This document shows, piece by piece, positions 13,942-26,594 of a stretch of DNA of 64,000 bases. The stretch's first letter is position 1. Every line of letters begins with the position of its first letter. This DNA comes from Rhodosorus marinus CCMP1338 (lineage: Eukaryota; Plantae; Rhodophyta): assembly GCA_029953675.1 (NCBI GenBank), contig JAMWBK010000005.1, positions 1,116,001 to 1,180,000 of the forward strand, in the 5' to 3' direction. The notes under the pieces are model-generated. The model had not been told where the DNA came from, ran no database searches, and worked only from the letters and a program-made list of their open reading frames with translations. A program made the position numbers and the translations under genes.

Positions 13942-15448
13942 ATGAGCGAATTTGGCGTCTTTCTACCCGAGGACAATGATATTCGGGAGGCCAGCTCGAA
14001 TGATTCCTGCTTGTGGCAATCGTTATCAGCGATGCAGAATCTCACCGACGTAGAGTCGATGGACGCCAAGGCATTTGTGGATTCGTTCCTCATTTTCAGG
14101 AGAAGGCCTTGGCAGAGAATGCTCATGGAAGAAGCTGATGATGGTCAGGTTTTAAAGCTGCTTGACACGGCGGTCTACAAGTATGCATCCCAACCCCCTC
14201 CGCGCTTCCACCTCACATAGTCTGCCTGTTTGTTAACAAGCTTTGGCCTGCTCGTCGAATAGGTACCTGGAAAAGCGTGCTGCATACGGGAAGCTTGAAG
14301 CGGTAACCCTTCTCGATGCATCTTCGCTCTATCTGACAGCATCTTCAGATCTGCTCAAACTTGCGATTGAGAAAGACGAGCTTGCTAAGGAGTCAATACT
14401 TGCCGCACTGCAGCAACTTTTTATCGCTCTCAGAGACATCGCTGCGGGTCACAGTGATTTCAATCGTGATCAGTGTGTTCTGTTCGTCGTCGACGGACTG
14501 GATATGGTCCGCTGGGTATCACAGGTAGTTGATCCAACCGAGGCTATTGGTGACTCGGTTGTTGAGGCGCTTCAGACCCAGGCGGAGTACTATGAAGTTC
14601 TCGTTCCTCAAATCGTCAGACAAGCGATTGGTACCATGAGCAGGTAAGACAAATCAGGTGGGATTGAGGAAAGCGAAGCCCACGAGATCACGAGCCGCAC
14701 AGAAATAGCTGAGTTCGTATCCTACACATTCCGTAGAAATGAGCTTACGAAGATCGCCCAGATTTGCCGTCTGTCGATAGTTGCTATTGCGGAAGAGATC
14801 GTGCACCACTGCAACGAGAACGAATGGAATGAGATACTAGGTATTTTCTCTGGTTCGAAGTTCGGCGTCTTGTTGAAACAAAAAGTGGGTCCGGATCTTA
14901 TAACATCGAGATTATCGGTCACTTCCATACAAGGTAGGCGGCAAATGCAAGTGGTACAACTGTGGTGAATATGTGAAGAGGAAATGTATATGAAGCGTGC
15001 AGGCAATCCATTTCGAAATTCAGTTGGGAAGTCAGCTAATAGGGAGTCGGAAGAGCAGAGCGTCCCTAAGGAATGGTATATCGGGCGTGTCGTGGATGAC
15101 CAGGGATATCTATATGACGATGACGTGGACGATGATGAGGAGGACTATGACAAGCTCCGGGATATTGACGCTGCAGCAGAGGAGGAAGAGAACGGGACTT
15201 TTGGTGCAGAGACAAACGCACCCGCCTCAGCTCCGTCCCGCGCCTCCAGTTCGAAGGTAAGAGGCGGAGCATCCTCCAGCAGGGGCAGAGGGCGACAGCC
15301 TTCAGATAGTTCAGGATCGTCTAGTGCAAAGAACACTGCCGGTAATTCTCAGAGGGCGCGAGCCAGCAAGGAGAAGAAGAAGTCGTCAGTCGCTAACCAC
15401 AACAGGAAGGATCGAGCTCTGAAGAAAACCGGAAGAGGGTACGCGTAA
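13942..15448 (+). CDS. ASCC2: ASCC2/Cue3-like ribosome quality-control/ASC-1 complex subunit, multi-exon
   Basis: N-terminal FVDSFLIFRRRPW, acidic YLYDDDVDDDEEDYD, and C-terminal KEKKKSSVANHNRKDRALKK resemble ASCC2 (YEDEYDD, ANHNRR). GT-AG introns join the ORF pieces. Confidence 0.65.
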
Positions 15449-15531
15449 TCTTCGTTGTTTTGCAGACGACACGCGGGTAGGTTTGTTCAGGAAGCGGCGA
15501 TGGAATTCGAGCGTTGATAGTAGGTCAACAT

Positions 15532-15777
15532 TCAAAGGCCACATCTCCCCTCACGTAAGAGCGAGCCAGGAGTTTTTCTGACGACGACAGACGGCACCGG
15601 CTTGCAGATAACATGATCGCTTTTTTGAAATCCACTGACGACGGAATTTTGTTGAAGCTCCCGACTACCTGTCGAGCAAGAAGGGCTAAGTGAGCTCTCC
15701 TCAAGCATGCGGCTGAGAGTTATCGAGCTCCTGGGCGCATCACCAAACCAGTCAGCTGAGAAGGACAGACTGTCCAT
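15532..15777 (-). CDS. Small hypothetical Ser-rich protein, divergent from typA
   Basis: ATG-started 81-codon frame with promoter-like skew upstream. No motif. Confidence 0.3.
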   Translation of the reverse strand: MDSLSFSADWFGDAPRSSITLSRMLEESSLSPSCSTGSRELQQNSVVSGFQKSDHVICKPVPSVVVRKTPGSLLREGRCGL

Positions 15778-16716
15778 TTCTTCGTCCACAAAATCCCCTA
15801 AAATTATCAGTAATACCGTCGTGATCGACAGCTATTGGGTGTCCAATAATTAAATTAAACTAAATAGTATATCGTATATTCCTTAACAATAGAAAGTTTT
15901 TTTCAACCCCTGGCGCGAGGGGGCACCCCGTGGGGAAGAAATCTAGACGTGAACAGATATGATTGGATTCCATCTTTCATTTTAAACAGAATATTTGATT
16001 GATTTTGGACCAATCATAGCCCAGAAAAGTACGAAGAAGATTCCGAGGCGAAGGTGGGGGAAGGGAGAAAGATAAGTCAATCTCGACGTCGAGAAAATGT
16101 GGCCGTTAAATATATAAACCCACCTCAATTTCTACCCAAATGCCCCATTCGGCGACATTTCACACAAGCTTTATAAGGGGGGGGGGGAGGGTGCGGTTTA
16201 AATTTTGAGATAGTTTTCCAACCGTCGAGATCTAACTTAGTCTTTTGGTAATAAAATTCGGTTTTCTGAAATTTGGAGGGGATCGAAGGGGGAAATTCCT
16301 GGTGTTTTTTATCGTTAAATCTGCATCGTCTGATTCAGAGGATCGAATCATTATCAACTTTTTTCGAAATATTTAGAAATATTGTCTTAAACTTTTAGAG
16401 AAAACCTTACCTGGGGGTTCGGAGTTTCGGTGGTTTTGCATTGGGATTGGTCAGTACCACGGAGCGGAGGGGAATTGAGGTTTTTTGGTAAAAGTTTCTA
16501 CCTTTTTTTGTTTGGATGATAATTGGTGGTTGACAGGTGAAGCTCTTCTTCGCTTTCGACAGGTTTACTTTTCGTCTTTACGACAAGGGAAGACTCTATT
16601 GGGGAGTATATGGCTTTGGTGAGGGTTGGAGGGATGAGGACTGGGGGGGGAAGGGGGTTGGATGGAGGGTTGGAGGGGTTAAGTTAAAAACTTTTTACCT
16701 TTTTTTGCCAGTCAAG

Positions 16717-19049
16717 ATGATGGGATTTGTAGGAGTTGGGGGATTCTGTGGCTCGGCTGCGGGTCAGAAGGCCAGAATTTCTGGCCAGGGCCTGGCTTCT
16801 GCGAGGAGAGTCTCTGTGGCTCGTTCGTGCAGGAGTAGAGTGTCAATGACACTCGCTGAGCCTATGGTGGAGACTGAAGCGCCGGTTAGTGCGTCGGAGG
16901 AGTCGTTCGTGGAGAGGGATGATATCCGGAACATTGCCATTGTTGCTCACGTCGACCACGGAAAGACTACTCTCGTGGATGCGCTGCTGGCTGAGGCAAA
17001 GGTTTTCAGAGAGAACCAGACTGTTCAGGAGAGAGTCATGGACTCCAACGATTTGGAGAGGGAACGTGGAATTACAATTTTGGCCAAAAATGCGGCCATC
17101 AACTACGAGGATGTGAAAGTCAACATTGTTGACACACCCGGACACGCTGACTTTGGGGGCGAGGTAGAGCGTGTCCTCAATATGGTAGATGGCGTACTGC
17201 TGGTTGTCGATGCTGTTGAAGGTATGCAGCTCCAAGGACTTTGCCAATGCCAGAATTGTGCTAAAATTGTGGAAACAGTACTGAACAAGCCGTTCTCTTC
17301 TTTTCGATCAGGGCCGAAACCGCAAACAAGATTTGTCCTCAAGAAGGCAATTGAGATGGGTCACAAGATTGTGGTGGTGGTAAACAAAATTGATAGGCCG
17401 AACTCGAGACCCGACTACGTGCTTGACAGTACTTTTGACCTATTTGTGGAACTCGTACGTTGCTTCTCTCTCTCAAAGTACATTGGAAATCTTTGTCGGT
17501 TTCTCCACGTATTCTGATTCTGTTGTCCGTTATTTCTTGGTAGGGTGCGAGCGATGAGCAGACGGACTTCGAGGTTGTGTATTGCTCCGCGCTTAGGAAA
17601 GTCTCTGGACCTTCACCAGACGAACTGGAAGACAACTTGAAGGCGGTTCTGGACTGCATTTTGACACTGCCGAAGCCGAAAGTAAAGGTCGATGGGAAAC
17701 TTCAGATGATGGTGTCCAACGTAGATTATGATGAGTTCAAGGGGCGGCTGGGGATTGGCCGTATTCTCTCCGGTGAGGTCCGCTCTAAGAGCGAGATCAC
17801 CGTGTGTCATCCAGAGAAGGACCCAAAGAAGCAGAGAATTTCGGAGGTCTTTGCTTTCAACAATCTTGGGAAAGCGTCCGTGGACTCTGCTTCGGCTGGT
17901 GATCTCGTCATGTTCGCTGGCGTTGAGCAGTTTGATATAGGCGACACCATCGCGGACACGAGCGCTCCAACCCCACTTCCACCAATCGCTGTTGAAGAGC
18001 CTACTGTACGCATGTCCTTCTCTGTGAACACGACAGAGTTTGCTGGTCGCGAAGGTAAGGATTTTTTTCATGCTTAGAGGCTAATCTTAAAGGAAGGTCG
18101 AAATTTTCATTCTGATTCGAAATTCACACACCTCGTGTACAGGCAAATACGTCACTTCCAGAAATTTGCGGGACCGTTTGATGAAGGAACTTGAGAAGAA
18201 CGTTGCAATGCGAGTTGAGAATACGGACAGCGCCGACACTTTTATTGTCTGTGGAAGAGGTCCCCTTCACCTGACTATTCTCATCGAAACCATGAGGAGG
18301 GAAGGCTTTGAGTTTCTGGTCGGCCCGCCGGACGTTATTTACAAGAAGATTGACGGGGAGCAGTGTGAACCGTTCGAGACGGTTGATATTGAGGTTCAAG
18401 AGGAGTACATGGGAGGTGTAGTGGATTTGCTTGGACGTAGAAAGGGATTGATGACGGACATGGGAAGCTGCAATGCAGAGGGAATGTGCTCTGTAACATA
18501 TGTGATTCCGACGCGCGGGTTGCTTGGTGTGAGAAGCGCCATCCTCACTGCAACGAGGGGAACTGCTATTATGACTACAACCTTTGCTGGCTACCAGCCA
18601 TACGCTGGAGATCTCCCGAAGAAGGACCAGGGTTCGCTGCTCGCCTATGAAACTGGAAAAGTCACTACCTATGGAGTTGAAGGTGCTCAAGACAGAGGAA
18701 AGCTCTTTGTAAAGCCTGGGGAGGTAGGTCGTCCAACTAATTGTCCGCAAGATCTTCATGGTCTATCGAAGGTTGCTGAAGTCTCCTATATTTTGTTGCG
18801 CAACAGGAGATCTACAAGAACCAAATCGTTGGCCTGCACCAGCGACCAGGAAATCTTAATATTAACGTATGCAAAACGAAAGCTCTTACTAACTTCCGAG
18901 CGTCCGGAAAGGACAATGACAAGAACGTCCAAGGCTTCATCGATCTCTCGTTGGACGACTGTATTGAATACATCGGCCAAGGCGAGCTCGTCGAGTTAAC
19001 TCCCGAGAGCATTCGCATGTTGGTGAAGGTCACCAAGAAGCAGAAATAA
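16717..19049 (+). CDS. typA: Plastid-targeted translational GTPase TypA/BipA (SVR3), 5 exons
   Basis: [48 protein letters not shown]. Introns 17222-17311, 17455-17543, 18055-18142, 18724-18806. MGFVG... transit peptide. Confidence 0.96.
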
Positions 19050-19290
19050 CTCAAAACGTACAGGTTTGCGATTCTATTTACACAGCTGGAGTTGGATACT
19101 GTAGTTTCGAATGATGACTAGACCACTATGACAGGGGGTGAAGGTGCCGGCGCCCTACGTATTTCATTTTTGCAATGTCACTCAAAAGTAGTAAAAGGAA
19201 AAATATTATCTCCTAAGCGATCCGCAGTGTAGTCCACAGTGCAACGAAGGTCTCCAGTCATTCGACATACTCGTTCCGCTTTCTCGAAGT

Positions 19291-20105
19291 CTACCACCCA
19301 AAAGTTCCTGGGCCACCTTTGAATGGACCCTTTACTTTACTCGTGATCCAGCCACCGTAGAACTCACCCTCCTGCGCGGTTGCCTTTTCCTCTCCAACGT
19401 AGCACGCATCCACCCTACAGTCAAAAATGGTTGAGGTGAGAAGAGCAACCTCCGCAAAACTTTGTCACTCTGAGGCGGTTTTGCATAGAGAACTTCGAGA
19501 ACCGTGGGGCTTACTTTTTACCGTAGAACGCAAACGCGTCCTTGATCGCTTCCATACCGGTGTCGGGGTTTGGGTACGACCACGCTACGTCGGATACTTC
19601 TTTGCCGTTGACGGACAGATCGTAGTAGTTTGGTGTTCCTTTGAACTCGCAGTAGGTTTTACGTGCAGATTGCTTCATGTACTCCATATTGCAATCATTC
19701 ATGGGGATATAGTAGACGGGTGGATGGGACGTTTCAAGAACTCGAAATCCGTTTGTGCTGTCTGCTATGGTCTCTCCGTTGAACACAACCTTCAGCCTAA
19801 ACACGATAGCCCTCGTCTCCACCTTCAATGGCGACAAGATACAACGCGATGAAATGATTGAAAGAACAAACCTTGCTTTCTCACGTTCCAATCGAGGTGG
19901 TCTGGGATAGTCCCAAACAGATTCCTCTCCGGCCCCTACAGGCTCCCTCTTCACGCCCATGTTTCTCCGGATAACTGCCTTCGACTACGAGCAAAAAGCA
20001 ACGTCATCCACTCAGTCAACATGAAACTCCACACTCGTCCGGCCCAGATCCACTCACCTTTGTGACAACTCCAGTACGAGGAACAATCCCAGCAAAACTC
20101 AACAT
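19291..20105 (-). CDS. DUF427 protein of cyanobacterial/bacterial type with a plastid-transit-like N-terminus, 4 exons
   Basis: ESVWDYPRPPRLE, VLETSHPPVYYIP, TYCEFKG, VAWSYPNP. Last exon gives FYGGWITSKVKGPFKGGPGTFGW*. The start could extend upstream to about 20210. Confidence 0.88.
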
Positions 20106-21493
20106 AACAATGAAAAACGTAAGAAAGGTCTTCCACAGCCAAGCTGCACGATACCTCATAAAACCGTTCTCCCTTCTTATACTCGTCTCACCTCGACGGA
20201 AATGAAACACACTCAGAATCCAGAAGCCTCGAACGGCAGTGATACAGATTGACGGACAGCAGCGCTGATTTAATTTAAGAGGTTTTTTCTCGCGCTGGTA
20301 GTTATTTCACAAAAGGTTTACTGAGAAGAAACTACCTAGAGAATCTCTCAGCAGGCATTCCCTGATTGCCGTCGAACTGTCTTTTAGGATCCCACCTCGT
20401 CTCATACGGACCATCCACATCAAGACTCCTCCGCAGCCCAAAAGCCGATGGTCAGCTCAAAAAGGAAAGCGGAAATAAACCGGAAAAAAACCAGAAAAGA
20501 AGGGTGGTTTGAAAACCGCCTCGATCGTTGCGATGCACTGACCAGCATCCATTGATAGTAAATACCACATCGATTCTGACAAGGCCTAAGTGTTACCCTC
20601 TGGGCGGGCACACACATTTCTTGTACTCTTTTTCTTGAACGACTGATTGCCGAAGAGATTCCCTTCCATTCTCCTCAACAGCCCATTTTTGCTCTTCAGA
20701 GCATAAAAAAATTCAATAATTGGTTTCGACCAATTAGTGATAGATATTTTAAAGAAATAATCATTAATATATATTAAAAACAGAATTGGATGTTGAAAAA
20801 TATACTTCCCTGGTAAGAATATTAGCCAATAAAAGTGTATGGAAAGGATATTTTTCTATTTTTATTTTTAAAGCAGAATTAATTTCTTCTGTTTTTATTG
20901 TTTTGGAGGTCCAATTTCGAATTGATGTCAAAATTTATTTCATAATATTTGATAATATTGACCAATTGAAATACGGGAGAAAAGTTTCACATTAATAAAT
21001 TTCCTAATAAGAAATATTTCTGCGGATTGGAAGAAAAAGATTCAGAAACAATGCCGCAGTGGGGAAGAAGGGGCCCAGTGATCCCTAGTTGGTTGGCTTC
21101 TGGCAAGGAAGACATTGATGGTCCGACAGTGCAAATCTTGTTCAGGTGAGACCTTTTTGGAGCTGTTGTGTGTTGGAGTGCGCAATCAAAATTCCATGTA
21201 CGATCGATGACTTGATGATGTACGGGGCGGTGCGCTCTAGCTTTTGGCTTTCAGAAACTTCTTTCCTTTTTTTTCTCCGCGTTGTGTGCGTGATCCTGTG
21301 AGTTTTTCGCACTTATCGTGGGAGAATTGGACAGGAACTGCGTCGACATGTGAAATCTACCGAACGTTCCACTGGGTCTATCTCAGTCTGGACCGGTGCC
21401 CTCCGAGACGCTTTGGTATTAATCCTCGGACATCGTAGAAAATTCAGGTCGCGCGTCAGACGGCAAAGCGATTAGTAGCAATTTATTTTACGG

Positions 21494-22843
21494 TCAGTCC
21501 ATGAGCTCGTCTCGCACGGCATCGAGTATGTCTTCCACGATTTCCATTGGATCCCGTTCGGTTCTAATAGTCAGGGCTGCTGCTCTGGCATGTCCTCCAC
21601 CTCCCCATCGGCTCAAGACCTCCCCGAGGTCCACATTCTTCACGAGAGGTCGGGAGCGTCCAATCGCCGATATTTGCTTTCTAAGAGGCTCGTTCTGTTC
21701 CTTTTTCTTCTGTTTCAAGTCGTTGACGACGGTAAACATTAGAACATCTATTTCAGTTAGTTCAATGATGCTCTGAGCGACGCGGCTTAAGCCCTTGATA
21801 AACTCCCCAGTTTCAATAATACAATGACCAAACACCACTTCTTTCAATTTTTCTTTCTTCAAGGCTCTCAGGCCCTCGTTTAGACACTGCAGGTGCTCTC
21901 CACTGAGATCACTGGACTTATACTCAACAACTGCCTTCAGATTTGCCCCACATTCGAGCAGCCAGGCCAGGGCCTAGAGGATGCACAAACATTCAAGAGC
22001 CGCGTACTCTTTAAGGGACTTACTTGAGTTTTCTAGTCGCGGGAAACGGTGTTCTTGCGGCTTACCCGGACGTCTCTAGGACCGGTGCAGTCGAACAGCA
22101 AAGACCCTGTGTCGCTGTGTATTCCGAGAGCCATGAGCGTGGCTTCACTTTGTGAAATATGTACATTTCCATCGCGAAGTCTTTCGACGATCATCGTCGT
22201 AGCTGCACCGACCTCTTCCTCAAACAAGGTGATACCGCCTTTCTCATTCACAAGATCACATTCCGCCGCTGCGCCGTGGTGGTCATAAACCTCGACCGAT
22301 TCTGCAAGTTCGACCCATTGTGCACATTTTCCTAGACGATCCTTCCTACGAATTCCGTTAAGCATCATATCGATTGAAAGCGTGGTCTGAGAACCTGGAT
22401 TAGCCACGCACAACTGAAATCGTCTGCGAAGCATACCTTGAACAGTCCACTACCCCAATCCATTTAATGCGCTCTGGATTCACCGCTTTAGGACTTCGAA
22501 CTGGAAACATAGGCTGAAACAGGTTCAAAAACTTCTCCACAGACGGGTTCGACCCTCCGGACAGCACCACCACTGTATTCCCACCCCTAATCTTCGCCAG
22601 TCCGACCGCTGCCGCAAGGGTATCATAGTCCGCAGTAACATGACACAGTACCACGTTCAGGTCCCTCTTATCACCATCAGAGCCCTTCGACTTTCTCCTC
22701 CCACGACGTTCTCCAGACTCCCTCCTCACTGACCCCCTCACCACCACCCCCTTCCTACATCTCCACCTCCTCTCCCTTTCAACACCCGGTAACCCTTCAA
22801 AACCAACCACTCTTACACGTAGCCCACTGAAAATGAATCCCAT
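21494..22843 (-). CDS. Plastid-targeted DHH/DHHA1 phosphoesterase, 3 exons
   Basis: VVLCHVTADYDTLAAAVGL, VVDC, VYDHH, ALGIHSDTGSL, GGGGHARAAA. Introns 22346-22436 and about 21974-22072. Basic transit peptide. Confidence 0.88.
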
Positions 22844-23338
22844 ACGTAGAATTGAATTACTATTTCAGATTCTGTATTTATTCTCATATAGAATTTCATC
22901 CTATTCGTACTCCAAACACATCTCTCAAGTCCACCACCCTCTCCGATTCAGAGAAAGTACCCTATCTCGAGCTCAACTTGGAACCTCCAGAGGTGTCTGG
23001 CAAATTGTCCCACTGCCCCTTCGGGACAGTGGGACACTTGGCAGGCACCATTGTTTCAGCAATTGGCTTTCTAAGCGGATTGGATCATCCATGGGCGATG
23101 GGAAATGGAAATGGGAACATTTTGCGGAGGATGAAGATCCGCTTAAGAGTGAAGTGTGTTGCTGGCAAGGGATGAAAAGTGCTCGGAGGAGTTTAGGCTC
23201 TGGAGTTGAGAGGACTGGTTGTGGATGTAGCTTTTGGTGCATGTGATGATTGGGAGTTCGTATGGAGGTTGGGTTCGGTGGCGGGTTGATTCTGCTTGGG
23301 TGGAGGTAGGAGAGGTCCGTACATGAGATGGAATGTTT

Positions 23339-23378
23339 GTGGTGGTGGTGGTGGTAGTGGTGGTGGTGGTGGTGGTGT
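23339..23378. repeat. (GGT)n microsatellite
   Basis: About 13 GGT units with one GTA interruption. Confidence 0.85.
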
Positions 23379-23417
23379 GGGGGTTAATAATTTACAATCG
23401 GAGAAGACTGTTCGTGA

Positions 23418-24651
23418 TTAATCAAGGGACTTCAGAACGGCTGTGAGTTGGTTTGGTTGCAGGTTGATCGAGATCTTGGTTCCCTCGTCCGTCCGTGTCG
23501 TCTGAATAAGATCGTGAGTCTGCATCTCGGTCAGAATGCTTCTCAGTCCTAGGATGCTAGTTGTCAAAAACCGCGATCTTCCGATGTCGAAAAGTCGTTG
23601 CTCAGTAACACCTGCGGATTCGGTCTTAACCGAGAAGAATGGCGGTGGGAGGCTGCGTCAAAGCTGTTTCATTGGAATCCATGTTTCACAGTTTTCAACA
23701 CTGTCTTACCTCCGCAAGAATTCGAAAAATACCATGCGCATTGGTACTTAGACTCCTGAGGAGCATCATCGCACCTCGAACCTTGCGCTCATCGCTTGTT
23801 GCAGTCTTGGAACCTTTGACAAACGCGTGGGACCCGTGATTCAGGGAAAACCGCCGTTCCGCTGCGTAGCTCTCAAATGTCGACGCTGTCTGTAAGCACC
23901 AGTCGAATAGATGCCATAAATGGTCATCCCACAACAGTGGTGCATTGACATGGTCGACCGACGCTATCAGCACCACATTCGAGCACTCAGATGCTACTTG
24001 TGCGAGGGCTCCTTGGTTTTCTCTCGTCCGTAGTCCAGCTCCATCGATGCTGTGGATCACTACGACGACCTTCTTATCAAGTTCGCGATCCAACGCTCTC
24101 ACCAAACTACCAATCGGGGATGACAGAACTGGCAGGCTCGGCCTCGACGCGCTGGGAGTCAGTGCGAGTAACTCTTTTATCAGGAGCCTTGCGCTTGCGT
24201 GAGGATTAAATCCGTTAGCAACCACGACCGCGGGGGCATCTGCGGGGCCGTCCAGTTGCCTTGCGAACTCGTTGAGAAGCTGATATTTTGAGCCCAGCCC
24301 TGTGACCAATATGCTTACGTTGCTTTTCAGGATCTCCTGCCATCTTGGAAAGAATACTTGAGTGTAATGGTCCTTCAACACTTCCATGCCCTTGGCTGGG
24401 GGTCCGAGCTCGTGCTCTTCTCTAACATCCAAGTCGTCTGCCTCCACGCGTTTGGAGCTCGCACAATACTTGGAATCCATACTTTCGAAGTAGGAGGTTC
24501 CGTCGGCAACATCGCCACTGATTGCTCCGTCATCCTCAAGAATATCATCCTCAAATATAGTTGGGTCATTTAGCTTCGACTTTCCGCTTCCAGCTCTCTT
24601 CTTTTTGGCAGGTTTCGAGGCCTTTCTCCGCACGGCGCGTTTCGTTCCCAT
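23418..24651 (-). CDS. ORC2: Origin recognition complex subunit 2, 2 exons
   Basis: ILVTGLGSKYQLLNEFA, VANGFNP, VIHSIDG, LIASVDHVNAPLLWD. After an intron (about 23630-23712) the winged-helix end reads RLFDIGRSRFLTTS...LTEMQTHDLI. Confidence 0.93.
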
Positions 24652-25787
24652 TGCGGATACACAGTCAAGGTCGCCTGGCAGATCTCAAGTCGACGTATCT
24701 CTAACGTCCTTAATACTGCTCTTACCCGCCCTTCATCTATATTATGTAGTGTATGTGATTCACATACGGAGTTCCTTAGATACCAGATTCCACGGACCGC
24801 TACGGAAATGAGTCCCTCGAACCCTCGCTCACAGCCTTCAAAACGATTTCTGTTCTGAGAGTAGACACTAAACCCTGGAGGGGCTAACCCGGAGGAGCAA
24901 GGTTTTTAATCATTCCAGAACTTGATGACCAATTTCAGCATGAATCCATCGTTCCTCTACACGGTCGCCCTCTCTACTCAAGACTCGAGTCCTTTTCCTG
25001 ATACCGTAGCGAACTGACGATGAAATTGGAAAACCAGACGGATAAAGACTGTCTACGAATTAAGAAACCGATATTATTATTTTCTTAATTAATAGATAGA
25101 GTGATTATCTACTGATCGTCCGTTTAGGAACGAAGGAGCTGGTGGAGCTGTCCGACTTGCGGCGTGGGATCTCATCAAATCAAGGTTTATAAGTCCTCAG
25201 CAGACTGTCGGAGATCCGTTCTCGAGTTTGGAAATGTCCTTGATCAGACTTATTAACCAAAGCCACACTGGCTCTCGAGAGCACGAGAGCCGTCGACATA
25301 TGAAGTCCCGCAAGGCCTTTATGGTTGAATTGCTGACATGCTTTACCTTAGGATAGACAGGGGTAGTTTCCTTCGGACAAATCAGCTACAAGTTGCTTTG
25401 AGTCCGCTTCTCAGACGCGATGGCCTTGAAAACCTTCTCAGTCTAGAGTGGGGAAGACCCTCTTTGAAACTGGGATACGAACATGGAGACGGAAAATAAG
25501 ACAGAACAAAAGGGTGAATGTTTTTCCTAATAGTACGGACTCTGTAAGAAAGCGTTCCTGACTGGAACGTGGATTTTGGTTGGTGAGCACGGGCTTCGAT
25601 CATTGAACAGGTCGCCTGAACCAATCAGCATATACCCACTGAAAATCCCCTTTTCCAGCATCCTCACAATGGCGCTCATTGCGCAATTGAAATTCGCTTA
25701 AATTTCACTTAAGCGTTACTTTTGAAAATTGTTACTAGTTTGAAAAGCTTTTGTTGAGCGTTGACGACCTGGGCTTTGGTTTCGGAG

Positions 25788-26594
25788 ATGGCTGGGGTTG
25801 AGGACGGAGAGAACTCAAGAGCACGCAGAACAGAGTCTTTAGTGTGTACAGATTGCTCTGGCGTGAGAGCCTGTCTAAGGATGGAGGTCGACATGGAGAA
25901 CTGCGGTAGAAAGCTCATGGAGATGGAATCTTTGGCGTCGAGCAGGCCGCGTTCAGATTCATATTTGTCCGGGAATTACAGCAACAGTCAAAGAACCGAG
26001 CCATGGACAGATGGTAGGGTTTCCAATTCAAGCTCTGGATGCTTGCCACGGTCTGTAGAGCGCTGTGATGGCTTTGCCATCTGGGATGAAGCGCTGATAA
26101 ATCCCCGTGCTATGGTACTCATTCACTGACAGGACTGTGCTTATGTGATCCGCTTTCCAGCAGCTTGCTCGCCGAAAGGAAGATCACCTAGGGGAACGAA
26201 CATTCAAGTGCAATCAGAACTGAGACGGTTGCGCAGAGAAAATGAGAGACTGGTCGCCAAACTCGCCGCGTTGGAAGCGGAAAGTCGTGAACTCATTGAA
26301 AAGGCGGGGGCATCGGAAGGAGCCGCAATTGACGCCTCCATGGAAGTGCTATCGCTGAAATCCGAAACCAGTCGACTTGGCTTGGAATTGATAGACTATG
26401 AACACAAGGTGTCCGAGTTGCTGGCAATGAACTCACTCTACAAGACCCAGTTGCAAGCTCAGCTACAGCAGCCTGTATCCATCGCTTGCTGCGCTGAGCA
26501 TGAACCAAACCGCAAGCTGCACTTAATCAGAATTAACCATGCAGTCGTAAGTATTACTAGCATAGCTTTCCTCGTCTTCGCCTATCTTAAGTAA
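25788..26594 (+). CDS. Hypothetical coiled-coil protein with a C-terminal transmembrane segment (tail-anchored)
   Basis: Heptad-like LRRLRRENERLVAKLAALEAESREL and terminal AVVSITSIAFLVFAYLK*. One intron (about 26014-26160) would remove the in-frame TGA at 26127. Confidence 0.55.

Noticed and set aside
16405-16416. U1 snRNA-like CTTACCTGG
   Set aside because: No U1 stem-loops or Sm site follow. It is a short match in the typA 5-prime flank.
16843-18759. Minus-strand ORFs over typA (similar shadows over other genes)
   Set aside because: Antisense shadows of conserved coding sequence with no independent motifs.
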